A DNA stretch of 64,000 nucleotides from Balanoglossus misakiensis (Eukaryota > Animalia > Hemichordata): NCBI GenBank assembly GCA_040954595.2, contig CM082591.2:6045009-6109008 (forward strand). Reading direction: 5' to 3'. Positions 1 through 11,400 of the stretch are shown here, piece by piece. The stretch's first letter is position 1. Each line of letters opens with the position of its first letter. Below the pieces are notes generated by a model. The model did not search any database, was not told the DNA's origin, and saw only the letters and a list, made by a program, of their open reading frames with translations. The translations under genes and the position numbers were made by a program.

Positions 1-137
1 GATGTGTTCTCACACTCTGATCCCACACTCTCAGAGTGTGAGGACATGGGTTCTATGTGGTCATGTAAAACGTGTAGCCAAACCTGTCTACTATAGCATC
101 CCAAGATACGGCAAACGCCACAAAATGACAGACTCAC

Positions 138-3100
138 CATTCCATGGCATCCTCAAGGCCTTCTCCTTTGATCGCCGACGTCTTGAAAATCTGCCACTTT
201 CTGTTTTTGATTGCTGGAAGTCCGAGTGCATTGGCCACTTCCGACGGCGACATTGCGTTCTCTAAATCTTGCTTGTTCGCGAAAACTACCAGTATTGACT
301 TTTTAAGCTCCTCCTCCTGAACACAAAAGCAAAGTTGAAAGTACATGAAGCTGAAATCCTGTACTTTCACTGTATAGATTGATGTGGTAAACCTGACATG
401 AACTTGTACCTTTGTTTTGTGTGGTTTGACTTTCACTGTGTGTTACCAACTGAAGGTTAAAGGTATACGGTCACCTCCAATTTACATACCCCCATATATG
501 TCAGAAATGGCATATTTGACTTTGAGTGTTATAAAGAACATATGGTGGCGCTCTTTATTTCGCACGTGACATCCACTGAAAATCTGTGATTGGCTAGATT
601 TTAGTTTGCCATGGTAACTGTAGCTATATTTGCCTAGGTGACCGTATACCTTTAATAGGAAATGTATCAACAGTGAAATGACAATGAAAACACTGAGTAC
701 TGTAGATGCATTTGCATACAATCAGACATATAAACATTCACATCAGATCTTCAGCTACCAATAATTATCACCACATGAAGCCTAGTGACTAGTGAATACA
801 GCATTTGTTCAACTTTGTGTCTATTTTTTTTTCTGAGGCCCAGAAAATCTGTACAATGTCACCTTTGTTGAATCCACTCACCTCAAGCATTGCAACTAAT
901 TCTGACTTGGAAATGCCAATTCTATCTCTGTCACAACTATCAACTACATAGATAATAGCGTCTGTATTGGAGTAATAACATCTCCAGTAGGGCCTGTGAA
1001 AAACAGAAAACATAATCACCATTAATATGAAATGTTTAAAGGGACAAAGTCTCTCTCTCGCTGCCCTTTTTCCATTAATTATGTTTGATACAAGACACCG
1101 TTTATGTTATTCTACATGTGGATATATAGTGAATCAACGTTCGACCACACACAACTTCCATCTCGTTTGTATGGTATGAGAGTAAAAATCTCGCCAAAAT
1201 GAATAAATGGTAGAGACCGAATATTTGATTTATCAAGGAACACATATAATGCACATTTCCTTCTAGCAACAACCCTATCCCCTCTAAAATGTGTTTCAGC
1301 CCTCTGTATTGAATGGCATGGATTACTCCATACACTAGAAAATGGGGAGGGGAGGGGGTGGGATAAATAACTACAGAGGTGCCAGACATGTAGACTATGG
1401 GATTATCAGCCGCTCTTACCTTATACTTGTCTGTCCTCCTAAATCCCACACTTGAAATTTAAGATTGTTATATGTGACTGTTTCTACATTGAATCCGATC
1501 GCTGTGAGGGGAAAAAAGAGAGAAAATGTCAACATTTATTTGTATTAGTGTTCACTGCACTATATGAAAAAACCTTGACGAGAATATGTCCTCCCATACC
1601 AGCGCAAACCCCACTGCAGTCGCCACGACTTACTAGGATCTTCTGCTCAATCTACGCTATGGTTGGCTGCTTCGTTCATTCTTTAATATCAATCACGTGA
1701 TCTGGCAATGTGTCCCATGGCACAGTCATTTCCAGATGACGGGCAAGCAATATTTCGGCATCCAGTAAAAGTTTTTCCGAGTATGTTTTTACTTTAGAAC
1801 CGCCAGACACGTAACATGTATCAGGTCTGGTGCCTAATCAGCCTCATTGCATTTCGTCAGCACAGTCTTTGTCTGCACCACGTAAGTCCACGTTGTTGAA
1901 GTTGCCCGTCATCTGGAAATTTGAATGCGAACGTAACTGCCGCCTGAGTGCGTCTGACGTCATTTGATAGCGAAGAATTCTAAGAATTATCTTATTTGAG
2001 GGATTTGTGGATGAATCGAAATGTTTATAAACAAACGCGGCGCGACGACCCCTTCACTTTAAGTTATAGAGAAATCTGACATGGATGCCATAAATGAAGT
2101 CACATGACCCACTGAGTAACTTACTTGGAATTGTCGTGACCACTTCACCAACTTGTAACCTGTATAAAATAGTCGTTTTGCCAGCCCCGTCCAGACCAAG
2201 GATCAAGATTCTCATCTCTTTGGCCCCAAACAGGGCATTAAATATATTGGAGAAGAAACCTCCTGTAACACAGAGGAAAGTTATATGTTAATAGTTAGCA
2301 TTCTGAGAAAAGTTGAAATGATTACTTGTAAGTTGTACACTATAACACTTTATCAGTACATGACGGTCAGATTCTGATACTACATGTAACTTAAGGTCAT
2401 TTTAATTGTCTACCATGAATATTTTAAATCAAAATGCCATTTTACAGGGATGATTATCGATGATTACATTGTATGAGAGCTGAATAAATTTTATATACGA
2501 ATTAATATTTTTATGATGGCACAGGTGTATGAATCGATTTTGCACAACATTCCAGGTCAGGTGTGTAGCAGTATTTCATTTTTTCCAGGACTCAGTGACT
2601 AACATTTGAAATTGTGACATTCTGAAGGAATGATAGGTGCATTGTGCTGGTATATAAGTTTGTGTGTATTGAGTACCACCCAGAGCCAGGAGAGAGGTAA
2701 TTTTCAAAGACTTTATGTAAATATAACAAGCCAGACTCCTGTCACCCCTATGTTGTGAATGGACTTTGGTGCTACTGTAACAGTATCATGCTTAACAAGA
2801 GCAATATTTTGTGTCTTTCCGTTAATCTTCCACCATCTGTTACCAAAAGCTGTGCAAGTCGTATCACTCATATTCCCAGTTTTATTCTAATATTTTTCTC
2901 TGTACTAAATATTGCATAACCCGTCATGTTTCATAGATACTGTAATCCTACGCTACATCAAGTCTCTATGGTGATTGTGTTCAATAAAATGCCTAATACA
3001 GTTATCGCCTAATATAGTTAGGGTATTAGTTATTGCCATTCTATAATAGGCCAACCATGAAATTTCTGTATTTTATTTCTTAGCATAATGTGAGGTACAG

Positions 3101-4614
3101 CATGTTTTTACTGGAAAGTACAAAATCCATGGTGATCAAACTGACTGTGTTGATTGATTCAATAATTTAAAGGAGATTGGTTTTACCATAGACCCTCCCT
3201 CCAGGGTCTATGGTTTTATGTGTTCTGTGCCTTTGTATAAAACCCTTGTTGTTGTACTGGTAAACTGCAAGTGCAGAGGTCAGGCATATCTAACATCACT
3301 GAAAAATATACAGTAGGATTTTATTCCAGTAGCTTTTGCCCATCATCAGAGGCTCTCTCTTATTATAGCCCTGTTTACTACTCTGAGGATAATATTAATT
3401 AAATCCCCTCCCCACAAGTTAAACATGAAATGGGTTTAGATAATCTGATCCTGTCACATGCAAATGTTGGTGTCACAGCTTTTGTGATTATTTTGCCAAT
3501 GATGAGTGTAACTGACAAGTTCTGTTTTAATATAGGTAAGTGTCCATATTTCAGAGAGGAATTTCCAATGTTTTCTGCGAAGCGAGATTTTTGGAGTAAT
3601 GAATGTACTGCATGGTGGGATGATCTGCTTGACAATTACAAACAAAAATGTCTCGTTTTGCAGCAAACCATAAATACATTACACAGTCCAAGCAGGACCA
3701 AATTAAAAGGGGAAATCCGTCGTAGCTGATTTTTACATAATTTGGTAGCTTTGAGGTCACTTATACATGGCGAATATGTTTTTTTTCTGAAAGAGTGACC
3801 TCAAAGCTACAAAATTATGTAGAAATTAGCTTCGCCGGATTTCCCCTTTAAGATTTAAACCCCTGTACATGTATGTTCTCATCATGAATGAAGTATAGAA
3901 ATGAAAAAAAAAATACACCACGTGCATTTGTAAGAAGGGTTGACTTCGTAAACAATTTCTCATGACTAATAGCAGGATACAGGAAGTGCATGGGCAGGTT
4001 ATACTATTCCTTCAATACGTTTTCTGACTAATTTACCGGCACAATCTGCAGGTTACAATTAACGATGTGTTACTTCAGTTCAGCATTTTATTAGAGGTCT
4101 TAATGTAAGCGAAGCGACAGTTAATTATATTTTTTCGTTGTGATGTTAGTACAACTATTAATTAAATGATTATAAGATAACAAATTAACGATGGTGATAA
4201 TGTAGGGCATACATGCATTGAAAATTAAATATCAATTGAAATTGTAATGTTTTTACGTCAGAAGACTAGAGGCAACAGGTTATTGCAAAACCTATTTGAT
4301 GATTTTTTTGGGGTAAATAGAAAGGGAATCTTCCTGACTTTACACCAGAATGCAGATCACTTTGATTCTAGTTTATAAAAACAGGGTGTTTGGTTCAATG
4401 ATCATCACAAACATATCACTCGATCAATGGAAAGTTGTATATTACACATGCCCAACATTTCTTGTGAAATGTCTGCATTTTCCCGCAGTATTCAATTATT
4501 TCTGGGACACAATCACCAAATTTAGAAATTAGAGTATATGCTCTTGATCTAAGAACAACAGAACAGTCTTCGAATTGATTAAAATGGGAAATATTTCATG
4601 TTTCACTCACCCAT
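138..4614 (-). CDS. ARL1: ADP-ribosylation factor-like protein 1, 5 coding exons visible, last exon beyond the left edge
   Basis: Minus-strand exons 4611-4614 (ATGG), 2125-2262, 1420-1501, 882-993, 138-316, all GT-AG and in phase. Translation [129 protein letters not shown]... matches the diagnostic ARL1 sequence. Confidence 0.97.
457..655. mobile_element. MITE family A (~190 bp, Kolobok-like), copy 1
   Basis: TTAA-AGGTATACGGTCACCT...AGGTGACCGTATACCT-TTAA. Confidence 0.88.
1036..1230. mobile_element. MITE family B, truncated (left half)
   Basis: TTAA-AGGGACAAAGTCTCTCTCTCGCTGCCC... with no right TIR. Confidence 0.8.
3703..3851. mobile_element. Short hairpin MITE with TTAA flanks
   Basis: AGGGGAAATCCG...GTAGCTTTGAGGTCACT / AGTGACCTCAAAGCTAC...CGGATTTCCCCT-TTAA, with ~55-bp imperfect arms. 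Confidence 0.72.
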
Positions 4615-5454
4615 TTTCAGTATTCTGTTGGAAACTCCAGCGTGTCACTTTAGGGATGAGCTCATAACAATATGCGCATGCTCATTCCTGGGTGACGTGT
4701 TTCTTTCAGGTCAAAGTTGAAAGGTGAAAGGATTATAGGATTATTTTATGGGGTTTGCGTTTCCCGGTAAAATACCTCGCGAGCTCGGTACGTACTGTAA
4801 CGGTTGCACAGCTAAATTTAGTAAATCAAATATAAAACAAATTATTTAGCCTAGGGAATGGGAAATTTATAACATGTCAAGCGACTGGATAAACTGTATT
4901 TGTTTGTAAGGAAGTTTAACGAAGACAATTTTGATCATACAACCACTGATACAACTTACAAGGCTGATCATCGTACATGTATGTGTGTGCGTTCGCGGCG
5001 TAACACGGCTCCACCTGCACGCAGAGCCAGATCCACCACTGATTTATATGGAAATTCACCTGTTGTTTTTCGGAAAATGTTGCAGTTATTAATCATGAAC
5101 TCGGATAACTCTACCTTAGGGCCAATAAATTTTGTATATGCATCACATTCTCATTTTTCAGTGGATGCACCCCCGTACCCAATAATTGACTAGACCACGG
5201 AGTGTTGAGTTTATTTTATATGTCTAGAACGAAATTCGAAAATTTGTTTTAATATTTGATCCAAACAATATATTTTAATGATTCAGATAATATAAAATAA
5301 ATCATTTGTATTTAGGAAAATATAAACACGCACTTTTGCCGCAGAATTTCAACAAATTATTCCGAAAATGCATCTGGGTATCCGAAACTCATTATTTACG
5401 ATAAATACAACTTGCATTTCCTCGTACACGCGATCAAAACGCCAAACAGTGAAC
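4615..5454. promoter_or_regulatory. Putative bidirectional promoter between ARL1 and the SR gene
   Basis: Divergent ATGs lie 840 bp apart. NRF1-like TGCGCATGC at ~4673, CRE-like GTGACGTG at ~4692 and CTCGCGAG at ~4777 lie just upstream of the ARL1 ATG. The TSSs cannot be located from sequence. Confidence 0.55.
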
Positions 5455-8400
5455 ATGTCTCGTGGTGGAGATCCAGGCGCCCAGCTTTTCGTCGGCAGAT
5501 TGAGCAAACAAACTCGCCAACGCGATCTAGAGGACATATTTACTTACTATGGACGATTAGTGCGCTGTGACATCAAATATGGTACGTACACACACGGCAT
5601 TTGTTAAAATTTACCTTCTCAGGTTTTGCATAGTAAAACTAAAATTTATCAATCGTTATATTTCCGTCTCCGCCATGTTGGTTTCACTTCTAAAATTGGG
5701 TCGTTTTTGGTATCAAGTACTTGTGAAAATGCACAGTTTTATTGCAGACTGTCATTGATATGTGTGCTATTGGCAAAATTTGAGGTGCTCGGTATTCTGA
5801 GCGCCTTTGCTCAGTTTATATATACTTCTGCAGATATAGTCTGCGCGCGCGTGGGCGGAGCACTTTGCAAGTGGAGATCTGCATGAAATATGACGCCACA
5901 GACCTTCTCAGGTGAAAATGCAATTTCGGGTGCAGACACGTTGCTGCAGCCACTGTCTGCATGCATTGGCTTGTATTTTTAGATTGTTTTGCAACGTTTG
6001 CTTGTCCACAAGAAGGAGTCACTTGTCATTGTCAGGATTGTATAAGAACAAGGGATAGTGCGAACTTCACAAACAAAAGGGAAGACAATGCACGCGGATT
6101 TCAATTGTTCAGAAGTTACACACACAATAACAGTGCAGTGGAGGGGTGTTTAGTCATACTGTGTTTGTGGTTACAGTAAACAACTTTGTCACCGCGAAAT
6201 AATGCAGCATTGAGTAAAGGTAAAACTTATGGTACTACAATAAATTGATCCAGCCAGACGCTAGGCCAGGCAAATTGATAAAGTTGTTTATTTGTTCTAT
6301 AACTTACAGTTTGGTATCAGCAATCTTGTATTGTCCCACCAATGCAGTTTCACTTTAAGTAATTCAGGTAACTCAAGTTTATAAAAATGCATTTCATGGA
6401 TTTCTGCACATTGCTGGGGTATGAAAGTGTCCAAATGAAAGCAGTGTGGTCTGTCATCATTTGCATAATAATTTAATATGAAAAAACATATTTTGTCAAA
6501 AATTAGACAAATTGAAAATTTACAACTTGAACCTAATTTCCATGATAGTCAATATTCAATCAGCTTATTTAGTATCTGTGTGGCTAATGAATATATTATG
6601 TTTCTTCTGAAAATTTGAGAGTACATGCATCTTAAATTTACACAGCTGGAATTATACTATAATTTATACAGTCCAGTATCTACTTGACTGTTTTCGGTGA
6701 GATGTAATCTTTGCCATAGTGAAAAAGACTGTGTTACTACTACTAGGGCTTTTAGTTCACTGGTGATGATGTTGAAATATTGCACTGTGTAATAGTGCAG
6801 CGTGCCAGCGTAGAATCTGATACGTCCTTTGGTGACTTGGAGAGACGCGTATGTCTGTTGCTTTTGTCAAGAGGTACAGTCTTTTCATTCCCAGGGCTAG
6901 CATTATCTATAACGGCTTCTTAACCCTTTCAGCATTTCATCACCTCAGCATTCATTGTGTACACTCAGTGGCATGCTTGGAACTTACTGTAAAACGGGAT
7001 TTTTTCGCGACAGGAAATTTTCGCCATATCAAAAGAGGCAACTGTTACACGACGATTAAAGGTACACAGTCACCTATGGAAAATTAGCTATAGTTACCAT
7101 GGCAAATTGAGATCTAGCCAATCGCAGATTTTCAGTGGGTGGCACACGCGAAAAAAAAAGTGCCACCATATGTTCTTTAGAACGCTCACATACACCATTT
7201 CAGCCATATATGGGCGTATGTAAATTGGAGGTGACTGTATACCTTTAATAACTGTATGTAGTGTAACCCAGAATAAATGGTTGATATCAACTACGAGATA
7301 TAAAAGTATCTTTGCTAAGATTTGTAAGAAACATGGCAATACAGCCTATATCTTGTTTGTTTAGGTCATGACACTACATTGTGTAAAATGACAAATGTGA
7401 TATAGGCTATCTTGGAGTTTGGTGATAATTGATAAGATTAAGGTCTTTGACTGGGTGTTTCAATGTTAAACACCCAAATATTGTAGCATTTATAGTTGAT
7501 TTTATTGTCAACCCTTTATTCATTGGTTTGTCTATTTGATTACACAATGTATTATGATCGATGGATCAATAATGCCAGTGTTCATCGTGGTACTAGTGGA
7601 TAATCGCCCACCAGATCTTGTTTCTTTTTGCTGAATAAAAGTTCTGACACACCTCCTGGGGAATATGCACAATGTACATATCCATATGGGAAATTGAAGG
7701 AATATGTAGTATAATGTATTCTAGGTAAATACAGTATAATACAGAATACAGTATAAAGTATTCTAGGTGGTTTATAATCCTGGTGGTAATAACTACTTTT
7801 CTTTCTCTTTTTCTTTCTATATGGCGGTTCTCTGTGCAGGCAGTGGTATGGGTAAGTCAACTTATATTTTATTGCAATGTAAACGTCCACCCATAATGCA
7901 CAGATGTGCCATCCAACACATGACTAAATCTTTTGGATTTCTATTGATCAGTTCTAACAGTGCAATGGTTGAGTTAGCACACTTTGAACTGTGAAAAGTA
8001 ATAAATAAATAGATGCAAAATTTTAGTTCATGATTGGATGGTACACTAGTGCACTAAGAGGAGGACACACTGCTCTATTTCCTACACTCTGTGTTGGATA
8101 TCGTGCAATTAGTCTAATTTTGGCTCATTTTTGGTAGAGCCAATAACGACAGACTTTCGGTACAGACTGCGCTTGTTTCATACAGTCACATTTGAAATAG
8201 ACATACCCTTTGAATGAAATGTATGGAACTAAATGTGTGTCAATAACTGAAGGTCTGCATGAGCATACGTTAAATAGTATACTGTTCATTTCATGCTAAG
8301 TACATTTATCATCATGGGACTTACGCCCCTATGTGTAAAAATAAACATGCCATCCATACCCCCACTTAGTACCTGAAGGCATGTATATATCCGTTCTAAT

Positions 8401-11400
8401 TATTTCTTCCAATTTCTAAATATGAATAGTTTCTTCCAATTTCTAAATATATTTTTTCTAAATGTACAAGGGATCCACACTCCGTACTTTGCAGGATAGT
8501 TATGCACTATGCAATTATATAAGGTATGAGGCTAAAATTGAATTAAATGAGAACACATGAAAATAATTAGTTACATACATGCAGCTTAGCTACATACACA
8601 TGTTGTAACTTGAAATCAAAAAGGAAAGACTCTTGCCCAAGGCTTGGTAACCTTTTGCTCTTAAGTGAAGTGAGACATTGCTTGTTATTAAAAGCAAATG
8701 CATTCTTGTATAATAGATATTTTGATAATTTTTTTCTGGAAAATATATATACTATGATAGGTGATTGTGGAAACAACTTTGTCTTTAAAAATCTTAACAA
8801 GGTTTCACAGACACAGGCATCAGATTGTTAAAGTTAAATGACCATTGGTTGTACGGGACAAAGTTCACTTTTTTCAAGTAACTTTTTCTAAGTCTGTTTC
8901 TAAACAAACACTTCCAGTGCTACTAATTTTTGTGACACAAGACTATAATCCATAGAAGGTTTTTTTTTTCATTGATATTTTAGTGTAAAATATTACTTTG
9001 GCTGAGAAATGAGTGATTAAAATTATGTTGTCATAAGTAACCTCACAATCTACACTGAACAGGAGTCAGCATTCAATTAAAACGAGAACTTTTCAGGGAC
9101 CGATTTCATAACAGCTTGAATTGCTGAATCAGATTTGCCCCGTCTATCATCTACACCCAAGTGATCGCATTGTTGATTCTGTCAGGAAAATTAGATTATA
9201 CACTCAGACATCAGTGTGTGTGAGTGTTTTTGCCTCCTGGGCCCGGCCGAGTTCCCCCTGTGCGCTGTGCGTACAACTGACATCTGGTTTCCAGATTCTG
9301 TGGGATTAAGGAGAGATACAACTGGTCGCTGAAGAATTCTCTGGCACGCAGTTTCAGGTTGATTCTGGTATTTTGCCTGGCAAGCATTATATGATTATGT
9401 GTCCTGCTTTCACATTTTACTGTAGATGTACATGTACATACAATGTATGTACATGTACTCATAAAAATTGATAATGACTCGAGTCGGCAAGTAACTTTTG
9501 ATTTCGGAAACTTCATGAGAGATACAACTGGTCTCTGAAGAATATTCTGGCATGCAGCCTTTCTCAGTTTCAGGTTCATTCTGGTATTTTGCCCGCCAAG
9601 CATTATATAATTATGAGCAGGGCTTCCATATTTTTCTGTAGATGTACATGTACATGTACGTTGTACTCATGGAAATTGATAAGGACTTGGTCAAGTGACT
9701 TTTCATTTCGGTAGAAACTGTTGATATCGCGAAAATTTCCTGTCATGAAAATGTCCCGTTTTATTACTTGTTGGCATATTTTAATACCTTTCCATACGTC
9801 CCCTTGCATCTTACAACCTCTACGTACTAATCTATCAGTAAGTCACATGAATTTTCTCATGGGCCTGTAAGAATTTTTATTTCTCTACGTGAACTCCAAG
9901 TACATGTATTCAAACGTGTTATATTACTATTAGCTCTGCAGTTGTTTCTGATCTTCTGATGAAAGTGTCACCTTCCTACTCTGACAGCTGGTGATCTCTC
10001 CTTAAATTACCAAGACATGTTGCATTGGCTTTTAAGAGTCTAACACATGGGGGCAAGCCAAGGCATATCCCAGCTGTATGTATCAGTCATTAATCCAGAC
10101 CTAAGGATGTACGTTCAGTAAAATTGAAAGTATTGTCATTTTTTTTTAATTGTGGATTTTTGGATTCTCCTTTGTATGTATAATGAAAATCCGTAATAAA
10201 ATGTAGGGGTCACCGCGCTTGTTTTTGAAATACAGAGCCATGAATTTAGTCGATAATAGAAGAAAATTGCTGACTCAGCATTTTTCACCAATGGTTTGTC
10301 TATGGGCAAAATTTTTAACGCAATTTATCTCAAAATAGAGCACGGTGACCCCTATATTTTATTTGACCAATGAATTTAAATTTACTGGACTGAGCATTGT
10401 GTGAAATTTCGTGAAAATGACAATAGTAGAAGTTTGTTTTCTAGCAATTTTCAATGTAATCCTATGGGGAAAAAGTCGGGTGCGCGCAGTTTTCCGGTAA
10501 TGTTCTGCGTGTACATCCTTAAATCATCATGCACTCAATACTACCAAAAGCTTGCCTATGATCATTAAAACATATGCCAGGGTGACTGGTGATCACGTTT
10601 TCTGCATGTGTCTGTGTTCGTTCACAGCGTGGCAATGACTTCATGCTACGTGGGACAATATTCCCGTGTTGTTTCTCCTGCCTAAATTATCCCTGTGTGT
10701 ATGTGCTCATTATTTTTGAAGCTGGAGCAATAATTTCATTGTGTCTTGTATCACCAAACCTACATGTACATGTAATTGTAACGTAGACATGTACAGAACA
10801 TTTTGATTGGATGTAATGTTTGTATACACAAAATTACGCATATGCGCATAAGATGATCGTCGGCCTAAGTTACAGAATGAAACCAGCTGCAGTGAGCACC
10901 AGTTTATATGTTTAATATGGGAGTGTCTTATTGAGGTGTCTGACAGTCTGGTTCTGGTATCTTGCAAATTATGTTTTGTTCTCCACCCAAGCCACAGGGA
11001 AGTGGCCATGTGGTTGATGTTACAGTCAAAACATGGTTACCATGGACACGTATAAACAATGACATTTTTGGATACAGTACACCATGATAGCTCATAGCCA
11101 GGAACATTCATGATAACTGATAGGAGTGGACTGATATACATGTGTATATGTGTAAGACCACCGCGACATACATGTTTGTAGTTGTACGTGTGTGCCGCTC
11201 ATATTAAGCATCCACTTGGTATTTTGCCAATCCAGTTAGCAGCTTGTCAGTTTAATTGGTGTAATGCACATTAGTTGATTGGATTTTTCTGGGACACTGT
11301 ATTTGTGATTCTGTCAGGAGAGATATACTGTAAAACACTTTATTTTCGCGAGTTAAAATTTTCGCGATATCGAGAGAGGCCACTGTTTTGCGAGTATTAA

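Noticed and set aside
6763-6820. Possible C/D snoRNA (GTGATGA...CTGA)
   Set aside because: Short, with no terminal stem or recognisable rRNA guide.
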